DNA of 64,000 bases from Octopus vulgaris (taxonomy: Eukaryota), in contig OX597836.1 in NCBI GenBank assembly GCA_951406725.2, positions 16,430,001 to 16,494,000 on the forward strand. Reading direction: 5' to 3'. Shown piece by piece: positions 27,718-40,595 of this stretch. Below the pieces are notes generated by a model. The model did no database searches. It was not told the DNA's origin and saw only the letters and a program-made list of their open reading frames with translations. The translations under genes and the position numbers were made by a program. The number at the start of each line of letters is the position of its first letter. The first letter of the stretch is position 1.

Positions 27718-27877
27718 TGAGTTCAAGTTCCGCCGAGGTCGACTTTGCCTTTCATCCTTTCGGGGTCGATAAATTAAGTACCAGTTACGCACTGGGGTCG
27801 ATGTAATCGACTTAATACCTATGTCTGTCCTTGTTTGTCCGCTCTGTGTTTAGCCCCTTGTGGGTAATAAAGAAATA
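27718..27877 (+). mobile_element. 5'-truncated SINE C (tail 1)
   Basis: ggtatgag present on both sides (~27714-27721 and ~27878-27885). Confidence 0.85.
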
Positions 27878-28010
27878 GGTATGAGCAAAGACGTGGTTAT
27901 GAGCAAACCCTAGAAGGAGTCACCGAGAATGAAAATTGCAAAATCCTGTGGAATGCAATGATTCAGTGCGGTCACCTGACTAGGCATCGAAAACCAGACA
28001 TTATTGTTCT

Positions 28011-28200
28011 ATATTTAAGAGATGTGGGATTATGTACATTATTTACATTATTTACATTATTTACATTCCACGGATGTTTGTCCTCATCTTATTTCTTGTT
28101 AACACAACGTTTCGGCTGATATACCCTCCAGCCTTCTTCAGGTGTCTTGGAGAAATTTCGAACCTGGGTTCTAATTCCTAAAGTATTCTTCGATGTTATT
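28011..28200 (-). mobile_element. Penelope-like terminal repeat fragment
   Basis: Inferred from the minimal hammerhead motif it carries (28101-28146). Confidence 0.55.
28101..28146 (-). ncRNA. Minimal type I hammerhead ribozyme
   Basis: Minus strand GACAC-CTGAAGA-A-GGCTG-gagggtatat-CAGCC-GAAA-CG-TT-GTGTT: stems I and II paired, core intact, palindromic AACGTT stem III, GUU site. Confidence 0.8.
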
Positions 28201-28225
28201 GTTGTTGTTGTTGTTGTTGTTGTTG

Positions 28226-28510
28226 TAGGAGAGCATCATAGCCATGTGTTGAGAGGGATTCTTTGGGGTTTGAATAATTCACCTCTGGAAACATGGGTGT
28301 TTCGTTCAACATCCTGAAACAACCCTTATTCAGGATGGGCTACTCGACCTGAAGAAAATTTTTAACTGGGCCCCACGTGCAAGGTCATGCGCTGTTTATC
28401 TTGATATGAGATCTCTATGTCGCGCACATATATGGTTGTGACGCATGTGCCTGGTGTGCCCTTATCAGACGGGTAGTCATGATGGGTATACTGAGCTTCG
28501 TATATTTTGA
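28226..28510 (+). mobile_element. Family D partial copy
   Basis: Homologous to 44800-45090. Confidence 0.8.
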
Positions 28511-28823
28511 AGGACTGCCTGCAAAAACTCCGCGCACATTTTGGACAAGGCCGTCGGACAGCATTCGGTCAGAGCTTACCCCCAACCGACAATCGCCCCC
28601 TCCCCTCCCAACAGCACTACAAGGCCAGAGATTTCTGGTAGTGGGGTCTTTAGTCGCTAGTTGAAAAGTTCCATGTGGCAGAGCAGCCAATTAATTTATG
28701 GTCCAGAGATTCATTAAGGCCGCTGTCGCCCTTCTTCTCCAATAAACGTCTACAGAATACTAACGTGAAACCTATTGCTACTACTATTACGTTACTATTA
28801 GTACTACTATTACTACTGTACTA

Positions 28824-29056
28824 AAGGCGGCGAGCTGGCAGAAATGTTAGCACGCCGGATAAATGCGTAGCCGTATTTCGTCTGCCGTTACGTTCTGAGT
28901 TCAAATTCCGCCGAGGTCGACTTTGCCTTTCATCCTTTCGGGGTCGATAAATAAAGTACCAGTTACGCACTGAGGATCGATGTAATTGACTTAATCCGTT
29001 TCTCTGTCCTTGTTTGTCCCCCCTGTGTTTAGCCCCTTGTGGGCAATAAAGAAATA
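28824..29056 (+). mobile_element. SINE C monomer, full length (tail 1)
   Basis: A box TGGCAGAAATGTTAG, B box GAGTTCAAATT; 16-bp TSD tattactactgt(a/g)cta (28808-28823 / 29057-29072). Confidence 0.92.
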
Positions 29057-29385
29057 TATTACTACTGTGCTATTAGTATTACTATGGCTACAGTACTATT
29101 AGTACAATTAGTACAATACTATTAGCACTACAGTACTGCTACATTCACTGCACTATTAGTATTACTATTAACACCATCGGTCTCTTTGACAGTCTAGGCT
29201 ACGGTAGTACCACTACTCTTCAACCTGTCTCACCAGAAGCCAACAACAGCGTAACTATAGAAGACCAACTTGGAGAGTTCCATAGATTCCAGAATGTAAT
29301 TTCCTAGTTTACGGACATTCCACAACTATTTCTAGACATGTCGGTGATAGCGGTGGCGGCGAGGAGAATATGTTCCGTGCCCATC

Positions 29386-29473
<88 letters not shown>

Positions 29474-29629
29474 ACGCATTGATTCCTATATCATCGGCAT
29501 ACATTCCACATGTAATATGTATCTAGATGTGCGTATAAAAAAATGTAACAAATATGTGAGTGTACGTATATCTGTATATTAATGCATATGTATATACAAT
29601 GTGTGTGCCTCTGTGTGTATATATATATG

Positions 29630-29683
<54 letters not shown>

Positions 29684-29831
29684 TACATATAGATATATAC
29701 ATATATATATACACACACACATACACACACTTATTTATGCATATATATATGTATATCTTATGTGTGTGTGTGCTTGTATAAATGATATGTATGATATATA
29801 TATATGTATGTATATATATTTATATATATAC

Positions 29832-29885
<54 letters not shown>

Positions 29886-30295
29886 ATATGTATGTGTGTA
29901 TATATATATACATACATACATACATACATACATACATACATACATACATACATACACACACATACGTATATATATATAAATGATGTCTTTTTTTTCTTTT
30001 GCTTCTTTCACACTGGCATTGCCCATGGCTCCAAATAACTTCTAACCACTTGTGGAGCACTCTTAGTGAATAAATACCTCCATTAGACGAATTACGATCT
30101 GTGTATCTCGAGTGGTTCAGTGAGCGTTTATTTACCACCAAACACATGCGTATATGTGTGTGTACACACATGCACATAAACACATATATTATCTAAATAT
30201 ACATACATATATATATTGTATGTATGTATGTATGTATGTATGTATGTATGTATGTATGTGTGTGTGTGTGTGTGTATGTATATATATTATATATA

Positions 30296-30341
<46 letters not shown>

Positions 30342-30375
30342 CAAACATACATACATACACACATCTACATGCATG

Positions 30376-30430
<55 letters not shown>

Positions 30431-30529
30431 AGGGACATACTTGTATTTAACATATATTTACATATATACACAGCCATATAAATACATATACACTACATGT
30501 GTGTGTACGTATATATACATACACACACA

Positions 30530-30596
<67 letters not shown>

Positions 30597-30899
30597 AGAC
30601 AGAAGAAGAAGAAGGAGAAGAAGAAGAAGAAGAAGAAGAAGAAGAAGAAGAAGAAGAAGAAGAAGAAGAAGAAGAAGAAGAAGAAGAAGATACACGTGTA
30701 TATATATATATTTATATATATATATACATACATACACACACATATTCATGCGCACACATGCAAATTCACACGTATATACCAATAACAGAGAGAGAGGGGG
30801 GACTGGCCTTGAATCTGGCTGGTGTTTCTATCAAAACATTGAGTTGTGGTGGGAAGGTTTGGGGGGGGGGCGTGTGTGTGGTGTGCGGGAAAGGAAGAT

Positions 30900-31476
30900 C
30901 TTTAAGTGAGTGTTAATGGAGGACAGCAAGCGGAGATTTGGAGAGGAAAAAAAGTGAAGGCTTGAGGAAGAGTGAGGATAAGAAGGTGGAGTGAGAGTTG
31001 GAGGGTGAGTGAAGGTTAGCAGGGAGAGTGGAGAGGTGCTAGAAAAAAAAGAGTGGTTTTATCTTTAGGATTTGAGAGAAGGGAGGGGAGCAGGGAACGA
31101 GGGGATGCGGAAAGGTAGATGGGGAGGAGGAGGAGGAGGGGGGAGAGGCAGGGTAAATGGTAGAAGGTAGATGGGGGAATGAAGTGGCGATAGTGGTGGC
31201 AGGTGGTAGTAAGAGAAGGTAGAGACGATAGGGAAGGTGTTGTGGGTGAGTGACGTGAGAGTTTGTGGTAGACGTGAGGGAGAGGGGGGGTGTACGGCGA
31301 TTGGTAGAAAGGGTGAGAAATGGATGAGAGGACGGAGAGAGGAGAGAGAAGTGGGAGGAGAGGAAGAGGCATAGGGGAGGAAGAGAAGAGAAGAGGAAGA
31401 GAGAAGAAGAAGAGGGAAGAAGAGGAAAGAGGAGGAGAAGAAGAAGAAGAGGGAAGAAGAGGAAAGAGGAGGAGAA

Positions 31477-31511
<35 letters not shown>

Positions 31512-31555
31512 AGAAGAGGGAAGAAGAAGAAGAAGAAGAAGAAGAAGAAGAAGAA

Positions 31556-31623
<68 letters not shown>

Positions 31624-33132
31624 AGAAGAAGAAGGAAGATAGAAGAAGAAGAAGAAGAAGAGGAAGAAGAAGAGAGAAGAAGAGGAAGAGAGAAGAAGAA
31701 GAAGAAGAAGAAGAAGAAGAAAAGAAAGAGAGAAGAAGAGGAAGAAAAAGGAAGAAGAAGAAGAAGAAGAAGAAGAAGAGGAAGAGAGAAGAAGAGGAAA
31801 AAAGAAGAAGAGGAAGAGGCATAGAGAGGAAGAGGGAAGAAGAGGAAGAGAGAAGAAGAGACAGATGGAAATGGAGGTTGACATGGGGAGGGAAAAGAGA
31901 GGGATAACTAAATAGATGTGAAAGGATGGGTTATGGAAAGTGATAGAGAGACAAAGTAAGTAGGGAGAGAGACGAGCATGAGGAAAAGAGGAAGAAGAGA
32001 GAAGATGGAAGGGGAGAGAGAGATGTAGAAAGGAGAGGAAGAAGTTGGAATGTGATGTAAGGGGAAAAGGGAGAGAGAGAGAGGAACAGAGAGAGAGAGG
32101 GAGAGGAACAAAGAGAGAGGGAGAGGAATAGAGAGAGAGAGGAACAGAGAGAGAGAGAGGGGAACAGAGAGAGAGAGAGGAACAGAGAGAGAGAGAGAGA
32201 GGGGAACAGAGAGAGAGAGGAACAGAGAGAGAGAGGAACAGAGAGAGAGAGAGGAACAGAGAGAGAGAGAGGAACAGAGAGAGAGAGAGGAACAGAGAGA
32301 GGGGAAGGGGAGGTGAGCGTGACTGAATGGCTGAAAATGGAGGGGAAGGAAGGGGGGATAAAGAGAAATGCAAACTGGAAAAGGAAAGTGTGAGAGAGGT
32401 AGACAGAGAGATGAGAAATAAAAGAGAGAGAAAGGTAGAAGGAGAGCAGATGAGAAAAAGGCAGTAAGATACAGAGAGAGCAAAAGTAAGAGGAGAGAGG
32501 AAGAGAAATCAGGGTGAGAGGGCAAAAGTAAAAGAGAGAGAGAGAAAAGATGGGGTGGAAAAGAGTGAGTGCGAGCATTAGAGAGGGAGTTGCAGAAAGA
32601 GTGATATATATGTGAGAAAGAGAGGGGGGGAAGCATTGAATGACAATGAAATACTGAGAGAGGGGGAGATGGGGAAGGTGAGAGCTAGAGAAAGAAGGTG
32701 CAAAATAGTTGAATGAGAGAGAGAGAAACAAAGAGAGAATAGAAGAGAAGAAAAGAAAGAGAACTGGGGAGAGGGAGATAAGAGAGAGAGAACATTACAA
32801 GGTATATTAAAAGAGAGAGAAAGAGAGTGTAAGAGAAGATGATTGAGAGAGAAGGGGATGGTGAGAGCGAGGACGAAGAGAAAATGAGAGGGAAAGAAAG
32901 AGAGGTATATTAAGACATAGAGAGAGTGTAGGGGAGAGATTGGTGGGGAGAGGTAAAAACAAAGAGAGTGAGAGATAGCGGGAGAGTGTGCATATATGAA
33001 ATTGAGAGAGAGGGTGACAAAGAGAGAGAGTGAGAGTGAAATTGCAAGTGAGAAGAGGAGAAAGAATGAAATTGTAAGAAGTGGAGGAAGAGGTGAGGAA
33101 GAGAGTGAAATTGCGATTCAGAGAGAGAGAGA

Positions 33133-33170
<38 letters not shown>

Positions 33171-33264
33171 ATGTAAAAAATGTGAGAGAGGATGAGAGCG
33201 ACAGAGTGAATTTGCAGGAGAGGGGGAGAGAGAGAATGTGAAATTGGGAGAGGGGGAGAGAGAA

Positions 33265-33295
<31 letters not shown>

Positions 33296-33616
33296 GAGTG
33301 AAATTTTGAAGGGGATGAGGAAGAGAAAGGAAGTGAAATTACAAGAGAGAGAGAGAGAGAGAGTGAGTGAGTGAAATTTAGAGAAGAAGGGAAGAGCTGA
33401 GAGAGAGAGAGTGAAATTGGAAGAGGGGAGAAGGAAGAGAGAATGCGTGTGTGTGAAATTGTGAGAGGGGATGAGGAAGAGAAAGAAAGTGAAATTACAA
33501 GAGAGAGAGAGAGTGAGAGTGAAATTGAGAGAGGGAGAAAGGAAGAGCTGAGAGAGAGAGAGACAGAGACAGAGAGAGTGAGTGAGTGAAATTGAGAGAG
33601 GGAGAGGGGAAGAGCT

Positions 33617-33647
<31 letters not shown>

Positions 33648-33700
33648 GAAAGAAGAGAGACAGACAAAGAAGAAGAAGAAGAAAAGGAGAGAGAATTTGT
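30900..33700. repeat. ~2.8-kb polypurine/polypyrimidine tract with (GAA)n, a GAGGAACA(GA)n minisatellite (~32080-32300) and a TGAAATT-punctuated segment
   Basis: Read directly; strong A+G bias on the plus strand. Confidence 0.9.
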
Positions 33701-34214
33701 CTAGCAAATGGAATGGCGGAATTGCAGTATAAGTTATGTAGAGGTGGTGGTGGTCGGGTTTGGAAAGACGTTAAGTTACTTCACACCTGTGCCAATCTAA
33801 TTGCAACCCTTCCAACCAGCCCCCCCCCCACTCCCGCCTTCTCTCACCTTCCAATCTCACCTCTAATTCCTCCATACCTGAGTATGCAATCCGAACCCCC
33901 ACCCCACCCCCGACTCCACGTTGTTTTTGCTTTGTTTTTCTTTGGGTTTTTTTTTTGTTTTTGTTTTTTTGGTGGGGTGGGTATTTTTTGTGTGTGTGTG
34001 TGTGTTTGTTTTTTCTACCTCCCAAACCTAGAACCAGGTAAAGAAAGGTATGGCGGTGTTTTGGATGCAAAGGGGTTTCTGTACCGTAGAGTCCCTTGCC
34101 ACAGGAAGCGATTTTCTCGTTACTTAAAACTATTTCCGGTCGGCCGGAACTGTGGCTGATTTCAACGCGAGCTCGTCAGATGGAGTGGTGGAAGGGAGAG
34201 GAGAGACGAATATG

Positions 34215-34540
34215 GGTGGTGGCAGCGGTGGCGTCGGCGTCGGCGGCGGCGGTGGTGGTGGTGGTGGTGGTGGTGGTGGTGGTGGTGGTGGTGGTTGTGG
34301 CGTCGGTGGCGTCGGTGGTGGTGATGGTGGTGGTGGTGGCGGCGGCGGCGGTGGTGGTGGCGTTGGTGGTAGTGGTGGCGGTGGTGGTGGTGGCAGTGGT
34401 GGTGGCGGCGGCGGTGGTGGTGGTGGTGGTGGTGGTGGTGGCGTCGGTGGTGGTAGCGTCGATGGTGGTGATGGTGGTGGTGGTGGTGGTGGCGTCGGTG
34501 GTGGTGGTGTTGGTGGTGATGGAGGCAATGGTGATGATAA
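34215..34540. repeat. (GGT)n/(GGC)n microsatellite
   Basis: Read directly. Confidence 0.9.
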
Positions 34541-34947
34541 GCACTTCTCTATATATTTATGCATATTTCTATGTAGGTTTGTGTGTGTGTGTGTGTGTGG
34601 CGGGGTGAGGTGGTGTGAGGAGCAATTTTTGGAGGTGAAGAGTGGAAATGAATGAATGGAGAACAGATAAAAACAGGACAAAATAAATAAAAGCTAATAG
34701 GGGGGAGGGGGGAGAAAGATAAATAGCGAAGCAGTTTAGACAGACAAGCAGACAGACAGACTGATAGTCTGACGGACAGGTAGACAAATAGTCAGACAGA
34801 CAGGCGGATAGACAGACAGGCAGACGTAATTATTGATAGATATAGAGGCATGATGAAAGCTGTCTGTCTGTCTGTCAGTCTGTCAGTCGGACAGACAGGC
34901 AGTCAAAAACAGGCAGACAAACAGATAGGTAGCTTGGTAAGCAAGTG

Positions 34948-35033
<86 letters not shown>

Positions 35034-35071
35034 CAAACAGAGACCCGATCGACAGACATATAGACAGACAG

Positions 35072-35116
<45 letters not shown>

Positions 35117-35521
35117 TATATATGTTACTGTCCTGTTTTTGTTACCATTTTTACCCCTCCGCAAAAAAATCTCAAATTTTATTTAATTTGATTTTCGCGG
35201 GAAGGATTGTTTCATTAAAGTCATGTATCGTCTTGACCTTCGAAACGTGGAGTAGATGAAACAAAGGCGACTGAAGAAGGGGAATTTTCCTTGTTTTGTA
35301 TGTCCTGTACTCTATTTTTTCGTTGTTTAAGAAAAATGTCCATTTCCTTGGTTTTGTGTTTATGTTTTCGTTTCTCATTGTGTTCGACGTTTTTTTGGTG
35401 TCCTGTACCCATATATGCATGTATATATACACGTAGAGGTAGGTACGTACATATATGTATGTATATATGCATATGTTTTATTTATTTATTAATTTATTAT
35501 ATGACGGAACGTAAAGATTGT

Positions 35522-35590
<69 letters not shown>

Positions 35591-35625
35591 TTTATTTTAA
35601 GCAGCAGAAAATTAACAAAATCTGT

Positions 35626-35658
<33 letters not shown>

Positions 35659-35718
35659 GGAGAGACAAACAGACCAACCAATCGACAGACACATACACAG
35701 ACACATACACAGACACAC

Positions 35719-35792
<74 letters not shown>

Positions 35793-36055
35793 TGGTAGGC
35801 ATTATGAATGACATGTAGCGGCTCTTTACGGACGGCCATCTTTTCAGTTAGTAAATGCCGCCTTGCGATCTCATATGACATGCAAATCCGGCTTTGGACA
35901 AACAGACCCTACAGCAGATGCCAAAGTTTTGTCTTCTTGTTCTCGAACGCACCCAAAAGCATTTAAGAAACAAGATGAAGAACAAGGAATAAACATTTGG
36001 ACAATGAAAACGATGCATGAGCAATATGTCAGAAAAATCGAAGAGAAAGACAACA

Positions 36056-36440
36056 CTTATTTCTTTACTACCCACAAGGGGCTAAACACAGAGGGGACAA
36101 ACGGATTAAGTCGATTATATCGACCCCATTGCGTAACTGGTACTTAATTAATCGACCCTGAAAGGATGAAAGGCAAAGTCGACCTCGGCGGAATTTGAAC
36201 TCAGAACGTAACGGCAGACGAAATACCTATTTCTTTACTACCCACAAGGGGCTAAACACAGAGAGGACAAACAAAGACAGACAAACGGATTAAATCGATT
36301 ACATCGACCCCAGTGCGTAACTGGTACTTAATTTATCGACCCCGAAAGGATGAAAGGCAAAGTCGACCTCGGCGGAATTTGAACTCAGAACGTAACGGCA
36401 GACGAAATACGGCTACGCATTTCGCCCGGCGTGCTAACGA
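36056..36440 (-). mobile_element. SINE C dimer (tail 1), head slightly truncated
   Basis: Two units joined at gaaatacctatttc. Confidence 0.9.
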
Positions 36441-36770
36441 TACATGGCGGTGGCTAAGGAAAAAATGATCTTAAAGGATGCACCGAGGCATTGATATGCA
36501 GCGCCCAGGAACAAGTTCTGAGAACTAACTACGCCTAATTCCAAATAGATAAGAACAGTGAATCGACCCTTTGTAGGGTGTGTGACAACAAAATCGAAAC
36601 AATCTCACATGTGAGTGAGTGTAGCAAACTGGCTCAAAAGCACTACAAAAAGAGATCCGATAATGCGGCTAAGTTTGTTCACTGGAGACTGTGTGTGAAG
36701 TACAGTCTTGGAAGGACACGGAAACGGAACAAATACAAACCAGAAGGCATCACAGAGAGAATAATGAATA

Positions 36771-36977
36771 GGCGCAGGAGTGGCTGTGTGCTAAGTAGCT
36801 TGCTTACCAACCACATGGTTCCGGGTTCATTCCCACTGTGTGGCACCTTGGGCAAGTGTCTTTTACTATAGCCTCGGGCCGACCAAAGCCTTGTGAGTGG
36901 ATTTGGTAGACGGAAACTGAAAGAAGCCCATCATATACATATATATATGTGCGTGTGTGTGTGTTTGCGTGTGTGTT

Positions 36978-37026
<49 letters not shown>

Positions 37027-37243
37027 GTGTGTGTGTGTGTGTGTGTTTGTCAGGCCAACATCGCTTGACAACCGATGCCGGTGTGTTTGCGCCCCCGTAA
37101 CTTAGCGGTTCGGCAAGAGAGACTAATAGAAAAAGTACTAGGCTTACAAAGAATAAGTCCTGGGGGTCGATTTGCTCGACTAAAGGCGGTGCTCCAGCAT
37201 GGCCGCAGTCAACTGACTGAAACAAGTAAAAGAGTAAAAGAGT
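36771..37243 (+). mobile_element. SINE family B, full length
   Basis: ggcgcaggagtggctgtgtg...gggttcattccc (A and B boxes), CORE-like accttgggcaagtgtctt, internal (TA/TG)n, (GTAAAAGA)n tail. Confidence 0.92.
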
Positions 37244-37771
37244 ATGGCATTTTGTGGGATTTTACAAACTAGTGTGACTCATTAATTGATGCTCGAAGAC
37301 GAGATATCGTTTAGGGAATGAAATAAGGAAACTAAGATTATGGATATTGCCACACCTGGGGACGCATGTGTAGGTGTGAAAGAGCTGAAAAAAAGAGGGG
37401 AAATACAAGTTACTAAAAAAACGAAATTGCAAGAATATGGACAATGAAGAGAGTAGCTGTCATCTTAATAAAGAGAATATCTGGCATTCGGAGCAATGAC
37501 AACTAAGTTTGAGAAAGATATCGGAGTAATTGCAATTGACACGAGGGTGAAGCATGCTCAAAAAACTAGACTTTTGGGGGACAGTGAGGATTTTGAAATT
37601 GAAATTTGGGTCGTGAGTATCTTTCACGATTCTTAACATCTACGTGTCAGGTCTTATAATCCGTGGAAGGAGATCCCGAGAAACCTTGTTGAGGCCTTTG
37701 ACAACAGGTTGTTGTTCACTTTCACAGAATTAACTGGAGCAAGTAAGATTGACAGATCTGAGAAGTAAAAT

Positions 37772-37807
<36 letters not shown>

Positions 37808-37962
37808 GTTTCAAATTTTTGCACAAATCCAGCAATCTTAGGGGAGACGAAAATCAGTTACCTGGTATATTTTATCGATGCCAAAAAAAAAATAATAGAA
37901 AACAATATCGACCCCGGCTAAGAATTTGTCCGGTGGGCTAACGATTCAGCGAGCTCGCCACC

Positions 37963-38006
<44 letters not shown>

Positions 38007-38080
38007 GAGTTTCTTTGCCCTAGGAGTCGGGAAGACACTCGGCAAGAAATGGAAGCAAATTTGAAAGAATAAGAAAAAAA
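38007..38080 (+). mobile_element. Extreme 3' end of a second R4/Dong-like subfamily, inside (TAA)n
   Basis: gagtttctttgccctaggagtcgggaagacac...gcaaatttgaaagaa also ends the copy at 45312-45637. Confidence 0.8.
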
Positions 38081-38150
<70 letters not shown>

Positions 38151-38796
38151 TAAGAATGACGAGAAGAGAAAAGTAGTGGCACGCGGAGTAGCTTGTTGGG
38201 GGACGGAGTTTGAAACGAACCAGCTTCGATGAACAGAAGCCATTATAGAAGAGACAAAGGAAGAAGACAGCGCGCGGCTGTGTGTCAAGGGTTGGAGCAT
38301 ATCCGTAGTTATGTTTTTAACATTTTAAGCAATAACATTGAAATGTTACGCGTTTTTCAAACAACAGAACAACTTGGAACAAGTAATGAATCTAATATCT
38401 CAATTTTGTAAGCGGCAGTGTGAAAATATACAAGACTTTTCCAAAGTTTAGCATGCGCCATTTTGTTGGTGTTTATTATTATAGGAGAGTTTGGAAACTA
38501 GTCCGTTCTTTTATTGAATGGATTCAAATGATGAACGTGTGTGTGTGAGTGTGCGTCTGTGTGTGCGTGTTTGTGTGTTTGTATTTATGTGTGTATGTGA
38601 GTATATGCATGCGTATGTGTATACGTCCGTACATGAATGCATATATATATATATATATATATACATACAGATAATCATGCTCACGTGCATACATACATAT
38701 ATACACATATTCATGCATAGATAAATGAATATATTATACACATACATATACATATCGCATACATGCATACATGCAAGCATACATGCATACACGCAT

Positions 38797-38835
<39 letters not shown>

Positions 38836-38952
38836 CATGCATCCATACATATTTGTATGTCCACATGTATAAAAACATACACACATGTGCATACAAATAT
38901 GCACACAAACATCCATGTGTATGCGTGTGCATCTGTGTGTCTGTGTATTTGT

Positions 38953-40101
38953 AAGGCGGCGAGCTGGCAGAATCGTTAGCACGTCGGGCGAAATGCTTAG
39001 CGGTATTTCGGCTGCCGTTACGTTGTGAGTTCAAATTCCGCCGAGGTCGACTTTGCCTTTCATCCTTTCGGGGTCGATAAATAAAGTACCAGTTACGTAC
39101 TGGGTCGATATAATCGACTTGATACCTATGTCTGTCGATGTTTGTCCCCTCTGTGTTTAGCCCCTTGTGGGTAGTAAAGAAATAGATATTTCGCACGTCG
39201 CTACGTTCTGAGTTCAAATTCCGCCGAGGTCGACTTTGCCTTTCATCCTTTCGGGGTCGATAAATTAAGTACCAGTTACGTACTGGATCGATATAATCGA
39301 CTTGATACCTATGTCTGTCCATGTTATCCCCTCTATGTTTAGCCCCTTGTGGGTAATAAAGAAATAGGTATTTCGGCTGCCGTTACGTTGTCAGTTCAAA
39401 TTCCGCCGAGGTCGACTTTACCTTTCATCCTTTCTGGGTCGATAAATTAAGTACCAGTTACGCACTGGGGTCGATGTAATCGACTTAATACCTATGTCTG
39501 TCCATGTTTGTCCCCTCTGTGTTTAGCCCTTGTGGGTAATAAAGAAATAGGTATTTCGGCTGCCGTTACGTTGTCAGTTCAAATTCCGCCGAGGTCGACT
39601 TTACCTTTCATCCTTTCTGGGTCGATAAATTAAGTACCAGTTACGCACTGGGGTCGATGTAATCGACTTGATACCTATGTCTGTCGATGTTTGTCCCCTC
39701 TGTGTTTAGCCCCTTGTGGGTAATAAAGAAATAGATATTTCGCACGTCGCTACGTTCTGAGTTCAAATTCCGCCGAGGTCGACTTTGCCTTTCATCCTTT
39801 CGGAGTCGATAAATTAAGTACCAGTTACGTACTGGGGTCGATATAATCGACTTGATACCTATGTCTGTCCATGTTTGTCCCTTCTGTGTTTAGCCCCTTG
39901 TGGGTAGTAAAGAAATAGATATTTCGCACGTCGCTACGTTCTGAGTTCAAATTCCGCCGAGGTCGACTTTGCCTTTCATCCTTTCGGGGTCGATAAATTA
40001 AGTACCAGTTACGTACTGGGGGTCGATATAATCGACTTGATACCTATGTCTGTCCATGTTATCCCCTCTATGTTTAGCCCCTTGTGGGTAATAAAGAAAT
40101 A
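38953..40101 (+). mobile_element. SINE C hexameric array (one head plus six ~183-bp units)
   Basis: Units start at ~39002, 39185, 39367, 39550, 39734 and 39918; gtatttgtaa duplicated at 38945-38954 / 40103-40112. Confidence 0.93.
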
Positions 40102-40595
40102 GGTATTTGTAATGTTTGCGTGTGATTTAAGGGAGATTTGATTGCTACTTCTAGCATACCGTTCGACCACCAAGAAACGCTCCCTCTGTTATTGACTCCT
40201 CTTGCTAAACGCGCGGCTGCCGACAAAATAAACGGATAAAACAAATAAGCAAAATAAGCGTTATATAATCGACGTTGCTATATCTGTCCAGTAGAGGATG
40301 TTGGAGAGCAGACAGACATGGAGCTGAACAGACGGTGAAGTGGTCAGAACTTGGGTTAGAGTTCTCAACGATGTCAAGGAGGAACGGGAGGAAGGGAAGG
40401 GGGAAGAGAGAGAGAGAGGGGGAGAAAGAGAAGCAGGAGGAAGAGGCAGAAGAAGAACAGCAAGAAGCAGAGGAGGAGGAAGATGTAGAAGTGTGTGATA
40501 CTAATAATAGCCGCAGCACGATCATCGATTCCTAAAACACATTTATTTTTTTTTTTCTCTTCCTATTTCATAATAATGATGATGATGATAATAAT

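Larger units (their letters stand above)
26093..28010 (+). mobile_element. R4/Dong-like LINE, decayed ORF (RT to endonuclease), with nested SINE A and SINE C
   Basis: AWIDNCKAYNMIPRSW...RGIFQGDSLS...INHLFMDDLKLY...MEFGLKKC...YKYLSV...TEALICAAQGQALRTNY...KILWNAMIQ...RKPDII; stops and frameshifts. Confidence 0.9.
35950..37772 (+). mobile_element. R4/Dong-like LINE 3' third (zinc knuckle plus endonuclease), with nested SINE C dimer and SINE B
   Basis: TEALICSAQEQVLRTNY...LCRVCDNKIETISHVSECSKLAQKHYKKRSDNAAKFVHWRLC...ILWDF...IMDIATPGD; (TAA)n tail at 37773. Confidence 0.88.

Noticed and set aside
31016-33667. Long ORFs of 195-444 aa
   Set aside because: Translations of stop-poor (CT)n and (CTT)n low-complexity DNA with no domain content.
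34096-34681. Pro-rich and Gly-rich ORFs resembling extensin or formin
   Set aside because: (GGT)n microsatellite open in most frames; no splice or codon support.
35235-35295. CGAAAC...CTGAAGA permuted hammerhead
   Set aside because: No stem I and a non-cleavable GUG triplet.
38953-40101. Regular tandem array resembling a CRISPR array or a retrozyme
   Set aside because: Units are whole SINE bodies with no unique spacers, no cas genes are present, and I found no CTGANGA hammerhead core on either strand of the unit.
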